DNA of 12,337 nt from a bacterium (lineage in GTDB: Bacteria; RBG-13-61-14; DATKZS01). Numbering within the stretch: the stretch's first letter is position 1; each line of letters begins with the position of its first letter. Below the pieces are notes generated by a model. The model saw only the letters and a program-made list of their open reading frames with translations. It was not told where the DNA came from and did no database searches. The DNA lies in the NCBI GenBank assembly GCA_046484135.1, contig JAWOBU010000231.1:1-12337 (forward strand). Direction: 5' to 3'. This document shows, one piece after another, positions 1 to 7,288 of the stretch. A program made the position numbers and the translations under genes.

Positions 1-1
1 G

Positions 2-355
2 CGACAGATCAAATCGGCCCTGGAGAAAGAGGTTGAAGAATTGAGCCTGGAGGTTTACGAGGGTCTGGAAGGTCTTTGCGGGCGACTACGCCGTCCGGTG
101 GAGGAGCCGGCCATAGCTGTTTTTTTGGTTTCCGGCCGGGATGATCTTCAGGAACTTCTGAGCATCCAGAGGCTTCTCAAGAGTATGAGGATCATGCTGG
201 TACTGGAGGAGGGGAACCGGGAGACCTTATCGGTTGCCCATCGTCTCCGACCTCGGTACCTGGGTTATAAAGAGGATGGCCTTACTGCGATACCGGCGGT
301 AATAAACACCTTGGTTCAACGACTTCAAAAGGACGAGAGCATGCAAAGGAGATGA
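2..355 (+). CDS. Hypothetical protein, degenerate receiver-like (CheY-fold-like) family; 5'-truncated at the window edge
   Basis: The frame is open from nt 2 (RQIKSALEKEVEELSLEVY...) to TGA at 353-355, so the TTG at 41 is probably not the true start. The pattern 'LRRP..IAVFL..DLQELLSI..LL..RIMLVL....ETLSVAHRLRPRYLGY' resembles a recurrent deltaproteobacterial hypothetical family (recalled, not searched). Confidence 0.7.
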   Translation, partial: RQIKSALEKEVEELSLEVYEGLEGLCGRLRRPVEEPAIAVFLVSGRDDLQELLSIQRLLKSMRIMLVLEEGNRETLSVAHRLRPRYLGYKEDGLTAIPAVINTLVQRLQKDESMQRR

Positions 356-360
356 TGGAT

Positions 361-591
361 ATGAAACCGAAACCAATCAACAGGTCGGCTGCGGAAGAGA
401 AAGGCAGTATAGTAGTGCAGACCACTCTATATGACCTGGTGTCTGCAGTGGAGCGGGAGATGGAAGGCGACAGTGACAATGAAGTGGCAAAGGCGGTATC
501 CGGTATGCTGGAGAAACGCCGGCCGCGGAAGCCGTGGAAAGCAATGAGGAACTCCGGCTGTCTTCTGCCGCTGGAGAAAGCGGACGGGTAA
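361..591 (+). CDS. Small hypothetical protein (TTLYDLV-type)
   Basis: ORF 352-591 has an ATGA overlap with the upstream stop. AAGGAG at 346-351 is best spaced to the ATG at 361 (alternative starts 352 and 355). It has an amphipathic helical core, VQTTLYDLVSAVEREMEGDSDNEVAKAVSGML. Confidence 0.65.
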   Translation: MKPKPINRSAAEEKGSIVVQTTLYDLVSAVEREMEGDSDNEVAKAVSGMLEKRRPRKPWKAMRNSGCLLPLEKADG

Positions 592-606
592 GGACCGGCA
601 GGAAAA

Positions 607-939
607 ATGGACGTGGAGGAGTTTAAAAAGCGGATCGAACAGGACCTTGCGGAATGGGAGGCCCGGATGGACATACTGCGGGCCAAGGCGGACAAGGCCC
701 GGGAGGAGAACTCTCCGGTGGACCTGTACGAGACCAGGCTCTCGGAGTTGTCCGCCAAAAAGGACGCGGCCCGGCAGCGGTTCGAGGAGTGCCTGGAGCG
801 CGGCGACGAGTCCTTCCGGCAGATGGCGGAAGAGCTGGAAGGGCTGGTGGAGGAGTTCAAGAAAAAGGTGGACAATGCCCTGGCCGAGCTTACCAACGTG
901 GAGCCGCTCGAGATCGAAGAGCGGAAAAAGAAAAAGTAA
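607..939 (+). CDS. Coiled-coil protein, Sll1863-like stress-response family
   Basis: AGGA precedes the ATG. The 110-aa protein is highly charged and helical, with an 'EEFKKRIEQDLAEWEARMDILRAKADKA' N-terminus typical of Sll1863-like proteins, and shows strong GC3 codon bias. Confidence 0.75.
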   Translation: MDVEEFKKRIEQDLAEWEARMDILRAKADKAREENSPVDLYETRLSELSAKKDAARQRFEECLERGDESFRQMAEELEGLVEEFKKKVDNALAELTNVEPLEIEERKKKK

Positions 940-1032
940 ATCTTATAGGCCTCTTGCAGGAGCAGGCTCTTGCTGAAAGGTTGCCGTGGCTGAGCAGGTG
1001 AAAACAAGAAGGGCAGGAAGCGGACATTCAGG

Positions 1033-1773
1033 ATGGCCAAAAAAGGGAAAGCCCGTATCGGAACTTCGGGGTGGCATTACGACCATTGGGGAGGTACCTT
1101 CTACCCTGAGGATATCCCCAAGAAGAGGTTCCTGGATTATTATAGGCAGTGCTTTGACAGCGCGGAGATCAACAACTCCTTTTATCAGCTTCCTTCCGAA
1201 AAGACCCTGGCGGGCTGGAGGGACGCGGTGCCGGAAGGGTTTGTCTTCGCGGTAAAAGGGAGCCGGTATACGACCCACATGAAGAAGTTAAAAGACCCGC
1301 AGCAGTCTACGGACAAGCTTTTCGACCGGATCGGCGCGCTGGGGGGGAAGCTGGGACCGGTGCTTTTTCAGCTCCCTCCCAAATGGGGCTTCAACCGGGA
1401 GAGACTGGAGGAGTTCCTGGAAAACATGCCCGAGCATTTCAGGCTCGCGTTTGAGTTCCGGGACCGGTCATGGTACAACGAGACCACCTACAAACTTCTC
1501 CGGGACCATAACGCTGCCTTTTGTATCTACGAACTGGACGGACACGTCTCTCCCTTACAGGTAACCTCGGACTTCGTTTACATCCGGCTGCACGGCCCGG
1601 AGGGACCTTATGAAGGGAGCTATTCCAAGAAGGTCTTGTCCCGGTGGGCGGACCGGATCAAGGAGTGGCGAAACAAGGGAAAGGACGTGTATTGCTACTT
1701 TGATAATGACGAGAACGGGTATGCCGCCCAAAACGCGCTGGAGCTTAAAAAACTGGTCGAGGGGAAAAAGTGA
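1033..1773 (+). CDS. DUF72 (YecE-like) TIM-barrel protein
   Basis: Hallmark motifs IGTSGWHY, AEINNSFYQLP, FVFAVKGSRYTTH, LFQLPP, FEFRDRSW, YIRLHG and YFDND. Confidence 0.95.
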   Translation: MAKKGKARIGTSGWHYDHWGGTFYPEDIPKKRFLDYYRQCFDSAEINNSFYQLPSEKTLAGWRDAVPEGFVFAVKGSRYTTHMKKLKDPQQSTDKLFDRIGALGGKLGPVLFQLPPKWGFNRERLEEFLENMPEHFRLAFEFRDRSWYNETTYKLLRDHNAAFCIYELDGHVSPLQVTSDFVYIRLHGPEGPYEGSYSKKVLSRWADRIKEWRNKGKDVYCYFDNDENGYAAQNALELKKLVEGKK

Positions 1774-1937
1774 AGAAAATGATGAGGGAGGAGCGTAAGC
1801 CGGAAAGAGTTGCGCCGCCCCTATAAGATATACGGTTATCATGGAAAAAAGACGAACCACGAAACAAGGGAAACCGGACGGAAAGCGCGTCGCGCAGTAT
1901 AACGGTTTAACCGGCTAATTCAATTTTGGAGGGAAAC

Positions 1938-2369
1938 ATGTCTAACGCGCAGGAAGGTAACAAGGTAAAAATCCATTTCAAGGGAAGCCTGGAGAACGGC
2001 GAGGTTTTCGCAGATTCCCACGGCCAGGACCCGTTGGAGTTCACCATCGGAAGCGGGGAGATACTCCCTGATCTGGAAAAAGCGGTGGTCGGCATGGAAC
2101 AGGGAGAGTCCAAGGACGTTACCATCTCCCCGGACGGGGCGTACGGTCCCCGCCGGGAGGAGTTGGTAGTGGACGTGGACAAGACCGAGTTCCCCGAGCA
2201 CATCTCTCCCGCGGTGGGTGAGAAGCTCCAGATCCAGACCTCCAACGAGGAGACCGTGCTGGTGGAGGTCAAGGAGGTGGGAGAGGAAGCCGTGACCCTG
2301 GATGCCAACCACCCCCTGGCCGGAGAAACACTGCATTTCAGCGTGGAGCTGGTGGAAATAGCCGGCTGA
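1938..2369 (+). CDS. slyD: FKBP-type peptidyl-prolyl cis-trans isomerase (SlyD/SlpA-like, with IF domain, no His-rich tail)
   Basis: GGAGGG RBS at 1928-1933 and ATG at 1938. Motifs VKIHFKGSLENGEVF, PLEFTIGSG, GAYG and LDANHPLAGETLHFSVELVEI. Confidence 0.93.
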   Translation: MSNAQEGNKVKIHFKGSLENGEVFADSHGQDPLEFTIGSGEILPDLEKAVVGMEQGESKDVTISPDGAYGPRREELVVDVDKTEFPEHISPAVGEKLQIQTSNEETVLVEVKEVGEEAVTLDANHPLAGETLHFSVELVEIAG

Positions 2370-2402
2370 GGCGGCAGAGGCATCAATATCGGAAACCCAT
2401 AA

Positions 2403-2443
2403 AGCCGGGTCCGGGAAGAGCTTTCCCGGGTCCGGCTCGTTTT
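2403..2443 (+). terminator. Probable intrinsic terminator after the PPIase gene
   Basis: AGCCGG-GT-CCGGGAA [GAGCT] TTCCCGG-GT-CCGGCT forms a 15-bp stem including two G-U pairs, followed by CGTTTT. Confidence 0.7.
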
Positions 2444-2482
2444 CCCTGTCTTAATAAGAAAAAAAGCCGCAGCAAAACGCCC

Positions 2483-2511
2483 TTTACAGAACCGGCGGGC
2501 ATGATTAGGTT
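2483..2511 (+). promoter_or_regulatory. Candidate sigma70 promoter for the YbhB/YbcL gene
   Basis: TTTACA (2483-2488) - 17 nt - TAGGTT (2506-2511), downstream of the terminator and about 40 nt upstream of the start codon. Confidence 0.45.
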
Positions 2512-2553
2512 GAACAGTGAAAACAAAGTCCGTTGCCGAAAAAGGAGGAGATC

Positions 2554-3000
2554 ATGATTAACTTGAGAAGCACTTCTTTCAGCCATAATGAACCGATACC
2601 GAAAAAGCATTCCGGCGAAGGCGGAGACCTGTCGCCACCGCTGACCTGGAACGGGGGCCCCCCCGAGACCAAGGAGTACGCCCTGATATGTGACGACCCG
2701 GATGCGCCCATGGCAGAGCCGTTCGTCCACTGGGTGCTCTACAAAATCCCGGCCTCCCAGAACTCCCTGCCGGAAGGAAGCAACGGCGGGGGAGTGGAAG
2801 GGCAAAATACCGCCGGCAAAAACAAGTACATGGGGCCCATGCCTCCGCCCGGCCACGGGGTGCATCACTATCATTTCAAACTCTACGCCCTGGACACCAA
2901 GCTGGACCTCGAGCCGGGCGCCACCAAGCACGACCTGTTAAAGGCCATCGAAGGGCACATCCTGGACGAAGGCGAGTTAATCGGGACCTATGAGCGATAA
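2554..3000 (+). CDS. YbhB/YbcL family Raf kinase inhibitor-like (PEBP) protein
   Basis: AGGAGG RBS at 2543-2548 and ATG at 2554. Motifs DLSPPLTW, ALICDDPDAP, FVHWVLY and YMGPMPPPGHGVHHYHFKLYALD. No signal peptide, so cytoplasmic YbhB-like. Confidence 0.95.
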   Translation: MINLRSTSFSHNEPIPKKHSGEGGDLSPPLTWNGGPPETKEYALICDDPDAPMAEPFVHWVLYKIPASQNSLPEGSNGGGVEGQNTAGKNKYMGPMPPPGHGVHHYHFKLYALDTKLDLEPGATKHDLLKAIEGHILDEGELIGTYER

Positions 3001-3083
3001 ACGAGTAAGCGCTGTTTCAATCAAAAAGCTTAAAAACGTGATCATTTGCGGCTTACGATATAAGAGGAGTACAAGTCGAGTTA

Positions 3084-3884
3084 ATGCCGTCTCATAAGTT
3101 GATTAAGCGGGTCAAGTCCCGCTATAAAAAACCGGCAGAAGAACATGAAGACCCGAACAGAATGAAGCTGAAATTCCTGGGCACCCGCGGATACATCCAG
3201 AGCTGGAACCGGAACCACCGGCTGCACAGCTCCTGCCGGGTAAGCTACAAGGACCGGTCCGTAACCATTGACTGCGGGGAAGACTGGCTGGACCGGCTGG
3301 AAGAGATGAACCCCCGGGTCCTGCTTGTAACCCATGCTCATCCCGACCACGCCGGCGGCTTGGCCAGGGGAGCGCCCTGCCCCGTCTACGCCACTGCCGA
3401 AACGTGGGAGTCCATCCACGATTACGACATCCGGGAGAAGAAAACCGTAAAACCGGCACAGCCGCTCAAGTTACAGAGCATGACCTTCCAGGCCTTCCCC
3501 ATGGAGCACTCCAAAAGAGCGCCCGCGGTAGGATATAAGATCACCGCCGGCAGGATGAGCATCTTCTATGCGCCGGACGTGGTGTACGTAAAAGACCGGA
3601 AAAAGGCCTTCTCCGGCATCAGGCTTTACGTGGGGGACGGCGCAACCCTGCAGAAATCCATGGTGCGGAAAAGCGGCGATAACCTGGTCGGGCATGCGCC
3701 CGTCCAGACCCAGCTTACCTGGTGCCAAAAAGAAGGGGTCTCCCGCGCAGTTTTTACCCATTGCGGCACTGACATCGTAAACGGAAACGAAACCCTGGCC
3801 CGGACCAGGTTAAAACAGATGGCAGAGGAAAGAGGCGTAAAGGCGGAATTGGCCCGCGACGGAATGGAGATCACCTTGAGATGA
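3084..3884 (+). CDS. MBL-fold metallo-hydrolase (PhnP/RNase Z/PqqB-like phosphodiesterase branch)
   Basis: FLGTRG N-terminal strand, IDCG, THAHPDH (HxHxDH), EHS, YAPD, GH and FTHCG. The start is ambiguous: 3084, or 3162 (MKLKFLGT, the typical domain start). Confidence 0.9.
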   Translation: MPSHKLIKRVKSRYKKPAEEHEDPNRMKLKFLGTRGYIQSWNRNHRLHSSCRVSYKDRSVTIDCGEDWLDRLEEMNPRVLLVTHAHPDHAGGLARGAPCPVYATAETWESIHDYDIREKKTVKPAQPLKLQSMTFQAFPMEHSKRAPAVGYKITAGRMSIFYAPDVVYVKDRKKAFSGIRLYVGDGATLQKSMVRKSGDNLVGHAPVQTQLTWCQKEGVSRAVFTHCGTDIVNGNETLARTRLKQMAEERGVKAELARDGMEITLR

Positions 3885-3948
3885 AAAAAAGCGCGGTTTG
3901 GGGACATAACAAAACCCAATCCGTCTTCCAAAGGAGGTGGCGCTGTAA

Positions 3949-5100
3949 ATGGACCTTATAAGCAGGGAAGAGTTGAAAAGACTGATGGAAGAAAGGGACG
4001 ATCCGTGCATTTCCATTTACTCGACCCAGGAGACCAAAGGTCCCAAGACCAGGGAAAACCACATCCGCTTCAAGAACATGCTGCGGGAAGCTGAAAGCCG
4101 GCTTGCAAGCTACGGCTACAAGCTGCACCGGCTGGAGGACGTGCTCCGTCCCGCCAGACACCTGCTCGAGAACGACCTGTTCTGGCAGTACCAGGCCGGA
4201 GGGCTCGCAGTGTTCATCTCTCCCGGCCGCTTTACAACCTATCGCGTGCCCATGGCCTTCCATGACACCGCAGTGGTCAACGACCGGTTTCATATAAAAC
4301 ACCTGCTGCCGCTTTTCACGTCCAACGGAGTGTTCTATGTGCTCTGTCCCGGAAAAAAACAGGTGCGGCTACTGCAATGCACCCGCTTTAACTGCAAACA
4401 AATGGACCCGGCCCAAATGCCCCGCAACATGGAAGAAGCACTGGGAGAAGAAATAAAACCCGGACTCCTGGAGTTCCATACCAAGGCGGTCCGGGCTTCC
4501 TCCGGAAGAAGAGCTCCCCACCCAGGACACGGAGAAGACCCGGATGACGGAAACGACAAAATCCACCGCTACTTTAAAGAAATAGACAAAGGAGTTAAAA
4601 ATACCCTGCAAGACCGGCAAGCTCCCCTGGTGGTGTGCCTGAACGAAGAAGAGACCGACCTTTATAAAAAAGCCAACACCTACCCGAACCTGGTAAAAGA
4701 AACCATTAATAAAAACCCGGAAGTGATCACAGACCAGGAACTCAAGGACCGGGCGTGGGAAATAGTAGAGCCCGCCTTTAACGCAGACCGGCAACGGGAA
4801 GAAAACCGCTATCACGAGCTTAACGGCACCGGACAGACCGCGGCAAGCACGGAAGATATAGTAAAAGCGGCCTTCGAAGCCCGCATCAGGACACTGTTCG
4901 TGGACCACACCGCCCAGGTATGGGGAGATTATCAGCCCGATACCCTGGAAATCGAGGTCCATGAAAACAGGATGCCGGGAGATTCCGACCTTATAGACCT
5001 GGCGGCTGTCTATACCCTGACCAACGGAGGGGCCGTCTACGCGGAAAAAACGGAAAAAATGCCGGAAAACTCCCCCGCCGGTGCCATCCTGCGATACTGA
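3949..5100 (+). CDS. baeRF3/baeRF7-family bacterial aeRF1/pelota homolog (Balon-like ribosome-associated factor)
   Basis: Strong AAGGAGGTG RBS at 3931-3939. Motifs PCISIY, IRFKNMLREAE, FWQYQAGGLAVF, VVNDRFHIKHLLP, HPGHG loop, YFKEIDKGV, DIVKAAFEARIRTLFV, DLIDLAAVYTLTNGGAVY and a C-terminal AILRY. Confidence 0.88.
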   Translation: MDLISREELKRLMEERDDPCISIYSTQETKGPKTRENHIRFKNMLREAESRLASYGYKLHRLEDVLRPARHLLENDLFWQYQAGGLAVFISPGRFTTYRVPMAFHDTAVVNDRFHIKHLLPLFTSNGVFYVLCPGKKQVRLLQCTRFNCKQMDPAQMPRNMEEALGEEIKPGLLEFHTKAVRASSGRRAPHPGHGEDPDDGNDKIHRYFKEIDKGVKNTLQDRQAPLVVCLNEEETDLYKKANTYPNLVKETINKNPEVITDQELKDRAWEIVEPAFNADRQREENRYHELNGTGQTAASTEDIVKAAFEARIRTLFVDHTAQVWGDYQPDTLEIEVHENRMPGDSDLIDLAAVYTLTNGGAVYAEKTEKMPENSPAGAILRY

Positions 5101-5301
5101 AGAGGACCTCCCGGCCCTGTCCATCCGTCCACGGAGGCCCGGGTGTCTACACCTTCAAACCAGGTCTCATCACGCTCGCACGCCCGGTTAAACCCGGAGA
5201 GGGCTTCTTGATAAAAGTACGATTAATTGACAGGGGAGCAGATACCATTTGAGGGTGAAGCGAGCGGGTGCTCGCCATCATCTGCAAGAGCCGGCAAAAA
5301 A

Positions 5302-6129
5302 TCAAGGATGCCTGCCGAGCGCCGGGACCTTGCTCAAGGCATGGAAAGCACTGAAAGCGGCGTCCTCCGGCCGGGGAAGGCACTCCACCGACACCCACCC
5401 CCCGTATCCTCCTTCCACCAGGCTGTTTAGATGGGCCGCGAAATCCAGGTGACCGTGCCCCGGCGCCCATCGGTTCGAGTCGGCAACATGGAAGTGCCGG
5501 GCCTTCCCCCCAAACTTGGAAAGCGCACCCAAAGGGTCGGCCTCCTCGATGTTCATGTGAAAGGTGTCCGGTAAAAGACCGAGTCCCTGAGAGCCGGACT
5601 CCTCGATAAGCCGCCCCGCCTCCTCCAGCGTGGCTACCAGGTCCGTCTCGTACCGGTTGATGGGCTCAACAACCAGCCAAACGCCATGCTCAAAAGCGAC
5701 CGGCCCCAGCTCCTGCAGAGCCGCGGACACCAGCTCCATGCACCTTTTACGGCCCATGCCCGGAGTGGAATTCCCCCGGATGAGACCTACTATTACCACC
5801 TGGATGCCCAAGCAATAAGCAAGATCAATGTGGTCCCGCAACCGGTCCCGGGTAGCCTTCCTGACCTGTTCTTCCGGGTCGGTAAGGCTCAAACCCTCGT
5901 CGCCGTATGCCTGGCCGGTGCCCAGCGCGGACACGGAAAGGCCGGTCCTCTCCTTCAAGGAAAGGACCTTGTCCCGGTCCACCCGCCCCGGATTGCGCAC
6001 GGCAAGCTCGATCCCGTCATAACCGATCTCGGCCAGTCTGCCGAAATGCTCTTCCAACGGCCCGGCTTTCCCTACCGCCTCGAAAGCGGTCTGTTCCACT
6101 GACACGGCAAAGCTTAAAGGAAGGGACAT
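5302..6129 (-). CDS. iolO: 5-keto-L-gluconate epimerase (TIM-barrel sugar epimerase, T. maritima IolO-like)
   Basis: Motifs GYDGIELAVRNP, ALGTGQAY..EGLSLT, VGLIRG, EPINRYET, DTFHMNIEE, FHVADSNRWAPG.GHLDF and VSVECLP match IolO as recalled. The gene is adjacent to iolN. Confidence 0.88.
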   Translation of the reverse strand: MSLPLSFAVSVEQTAFEAVGKAGPLEEHFGRLAEIGYDGIELAVRNPGRVDRDKVLSLKERTGLSVSALGTGQAYGDEGLSLTDPEEQVRKATRDRLRDHIDLAYCLGIQVVIVGLIRGNSTPGMGRKRCMELVSAALQELGPVAFEHGVWLVVEPINRYETDLVATLEEAGRLIEESGSQGLGLLPDTFHMNIEEADPLGALSKFGGKARHFHVADSNRWAPGHGHLDFAAHLNSLVEGGYGGWVSVECLPRPEDAAFSAFHALSKVPALGRHP

Positions 6130-6137
6130 GTCAAACC

Positions 6138-7259
6138 TCAGGTCAGGGTGTCCTGGCCGATCCTGGGAAGGGCGTACACCGACTTCCAGCCTTTGGAAAG
6201 CGGCTCTTTAAGAAACGGCTCCATCTCCTTTTCCGAACGAAGGGTAACCTCTTCCACCGGCGGGACCGTGCCCGGCGGAAAAGCCGCCAGCACCTGGTCC
6301 TGAAAAAGCGTCAGGTAGCGGAGTATGGCTGCTACCGGCCGCTTGGCTTTTTTCGGGTCTCCCTTTTTCGACTTGCCGACCACTCCTTCGGGGGTCGCCG
6401 ACATCTCGATCGCGAAATGTCCCTCCCCTTCCGACCACCGGCTGGGACGGCCGAACGGGTCCACCGACTTGTCAAAGTGGCCCTCCGGAAGGTAGCTCTT
6501 GCCCTCGGTGTCCACTGCCGCGTTCATGTCCACCATCTCCGGAAAAAGCAGCAGCCCGAGCGAGGTCTCGGACTCGTCCGCGTGCACGAAGTCGGTGTCC
6601 CAGCACCCGCCCCGGTCAGTGGTCCGGAAGAACTCCCGCACCGCCCGGTGCCAGTCTATGACCCGGAAGAGCCCCGGAAGCTGGTACCGTTTCATGAATT
6701 CCTGGAGAGCAGACTCCAGCACCCACAGGTGACCGTGGTTGTTCACGATCACGATCTTTCGGAACCCGTCGTTCCAGAGACCCAGCATCACGTCTATCAT
6801 GAGCTCGCGCACCACGCTCTCGCGCACCATCACCGTGCCGGGCATGCCCGCATGGTGGTAAGGATGGGCGCCGTAGTTCAAGGGCGGCAGGGCCAGGTTT
6901 ACCGGCGCTCCCCTTTTGGCGGTATAGCGCCGGACCCCTTCGCAAATGGCGCTCACGAAAAGGGTGTCCATGGCGCTTACGGTATGTTGTCCGTGAAGCT
7001 CGGTGCATCCCACCGGCACCAGCACCACGTCGTTCTTCTTGCGGTTCGACTCCACCCGGTGTCGGATGGTGGTCTGGATGTACGAGCCCGGCCTGGCCCA
7101 CTCCACCGGCGAGGGAATGCCGTACTCGGCAAGGATCGAGTCTATCTCCTCCTCGCTCGCTTCAAACACCGCTTTCTTCATCCGGCCGACTTCGTTGTCC
7201 TCGAAAAAAAGGTCCGGCTGACTACTGGGAAGATAGCCCGGCGGGCAGCTCTCACTCAT
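6138..7259 (-). CDS. iolN: 3-dehydro-scyllo-inosose hydrolase (creatininase family)
   Basis: Creatininase motifs PVGCTELHG, DT, NNHGH and HADESETS, plus the IolN-type N-terminus FEDNEVGRMKK...EEIDSIL.EYGIP...PGSYIQTT. GGAGG at 7269-7265 supports an ATG at 7259 (or 7262) rather than 7508. Confidence 0.9.
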   Translation of the reverse strand: MSESCPPGYLPSSQPDLFFEDNEVGRMKKAVFEASEEEIDSILAEYGIPSPVEWARPGSYIQTTIRHRVESNRKKNDVVLVPVGCTELHGQHTVSAMDTLFVSAICEGVRRYTAKRGAPVNLALPPLNYGAHPYHHAGMPGTVMVRESVVRELMIDVMLGLWNDGFRKIVIVNNHGHLWVLESALQEFMKRYQLPGLFRVIDWHRAVREFFRTTDRGGCWDTDFVHADESETSLGLLLFPEMVDMNAAVDTEGKSYLPEGHFDKSVDPFGRPSRWSEGEGHFAIEMSATPEGVVGKSKKGDPKKAKRPVAAILRYLTLFQDQVLAAFPPGTVPPVEEVTLRSEKEMEPFLKEPLSKGWKSVYALPRIGQDTLT

Positions 7260-7288
7260 CATGTCCTCCTCAAAGTATCGTCCATGCT

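Noticed and set aside
956..973. Hairpin GCAGGAG-CAGG-CTCTTGC between the coiled-coil and DUF72 genes
   Set aside because: Short stem with no U-tract, not enough to call a terminator.
282..1040. 252-aa minus-strand ORF and alternative-frame ORFs 647-976 and 654-1001
   Set aside because: Shadows of the three small + strand genes, with Ser/Arg/Gly-biased composition.
4369..5124. 251-aa Phe/Val-rich minus-strand ORF resembling a membrane protein
   Set aside because: It is antisense to the A-rich baeRF gene, so its hydrophobicity is an artefact of complementing GAA/AAA codons.
5227..5232. TTGACA in the convergent gap (possible antisense promoter)
   Set aside because: No -10 hexamer at 16-18 nt spacing.
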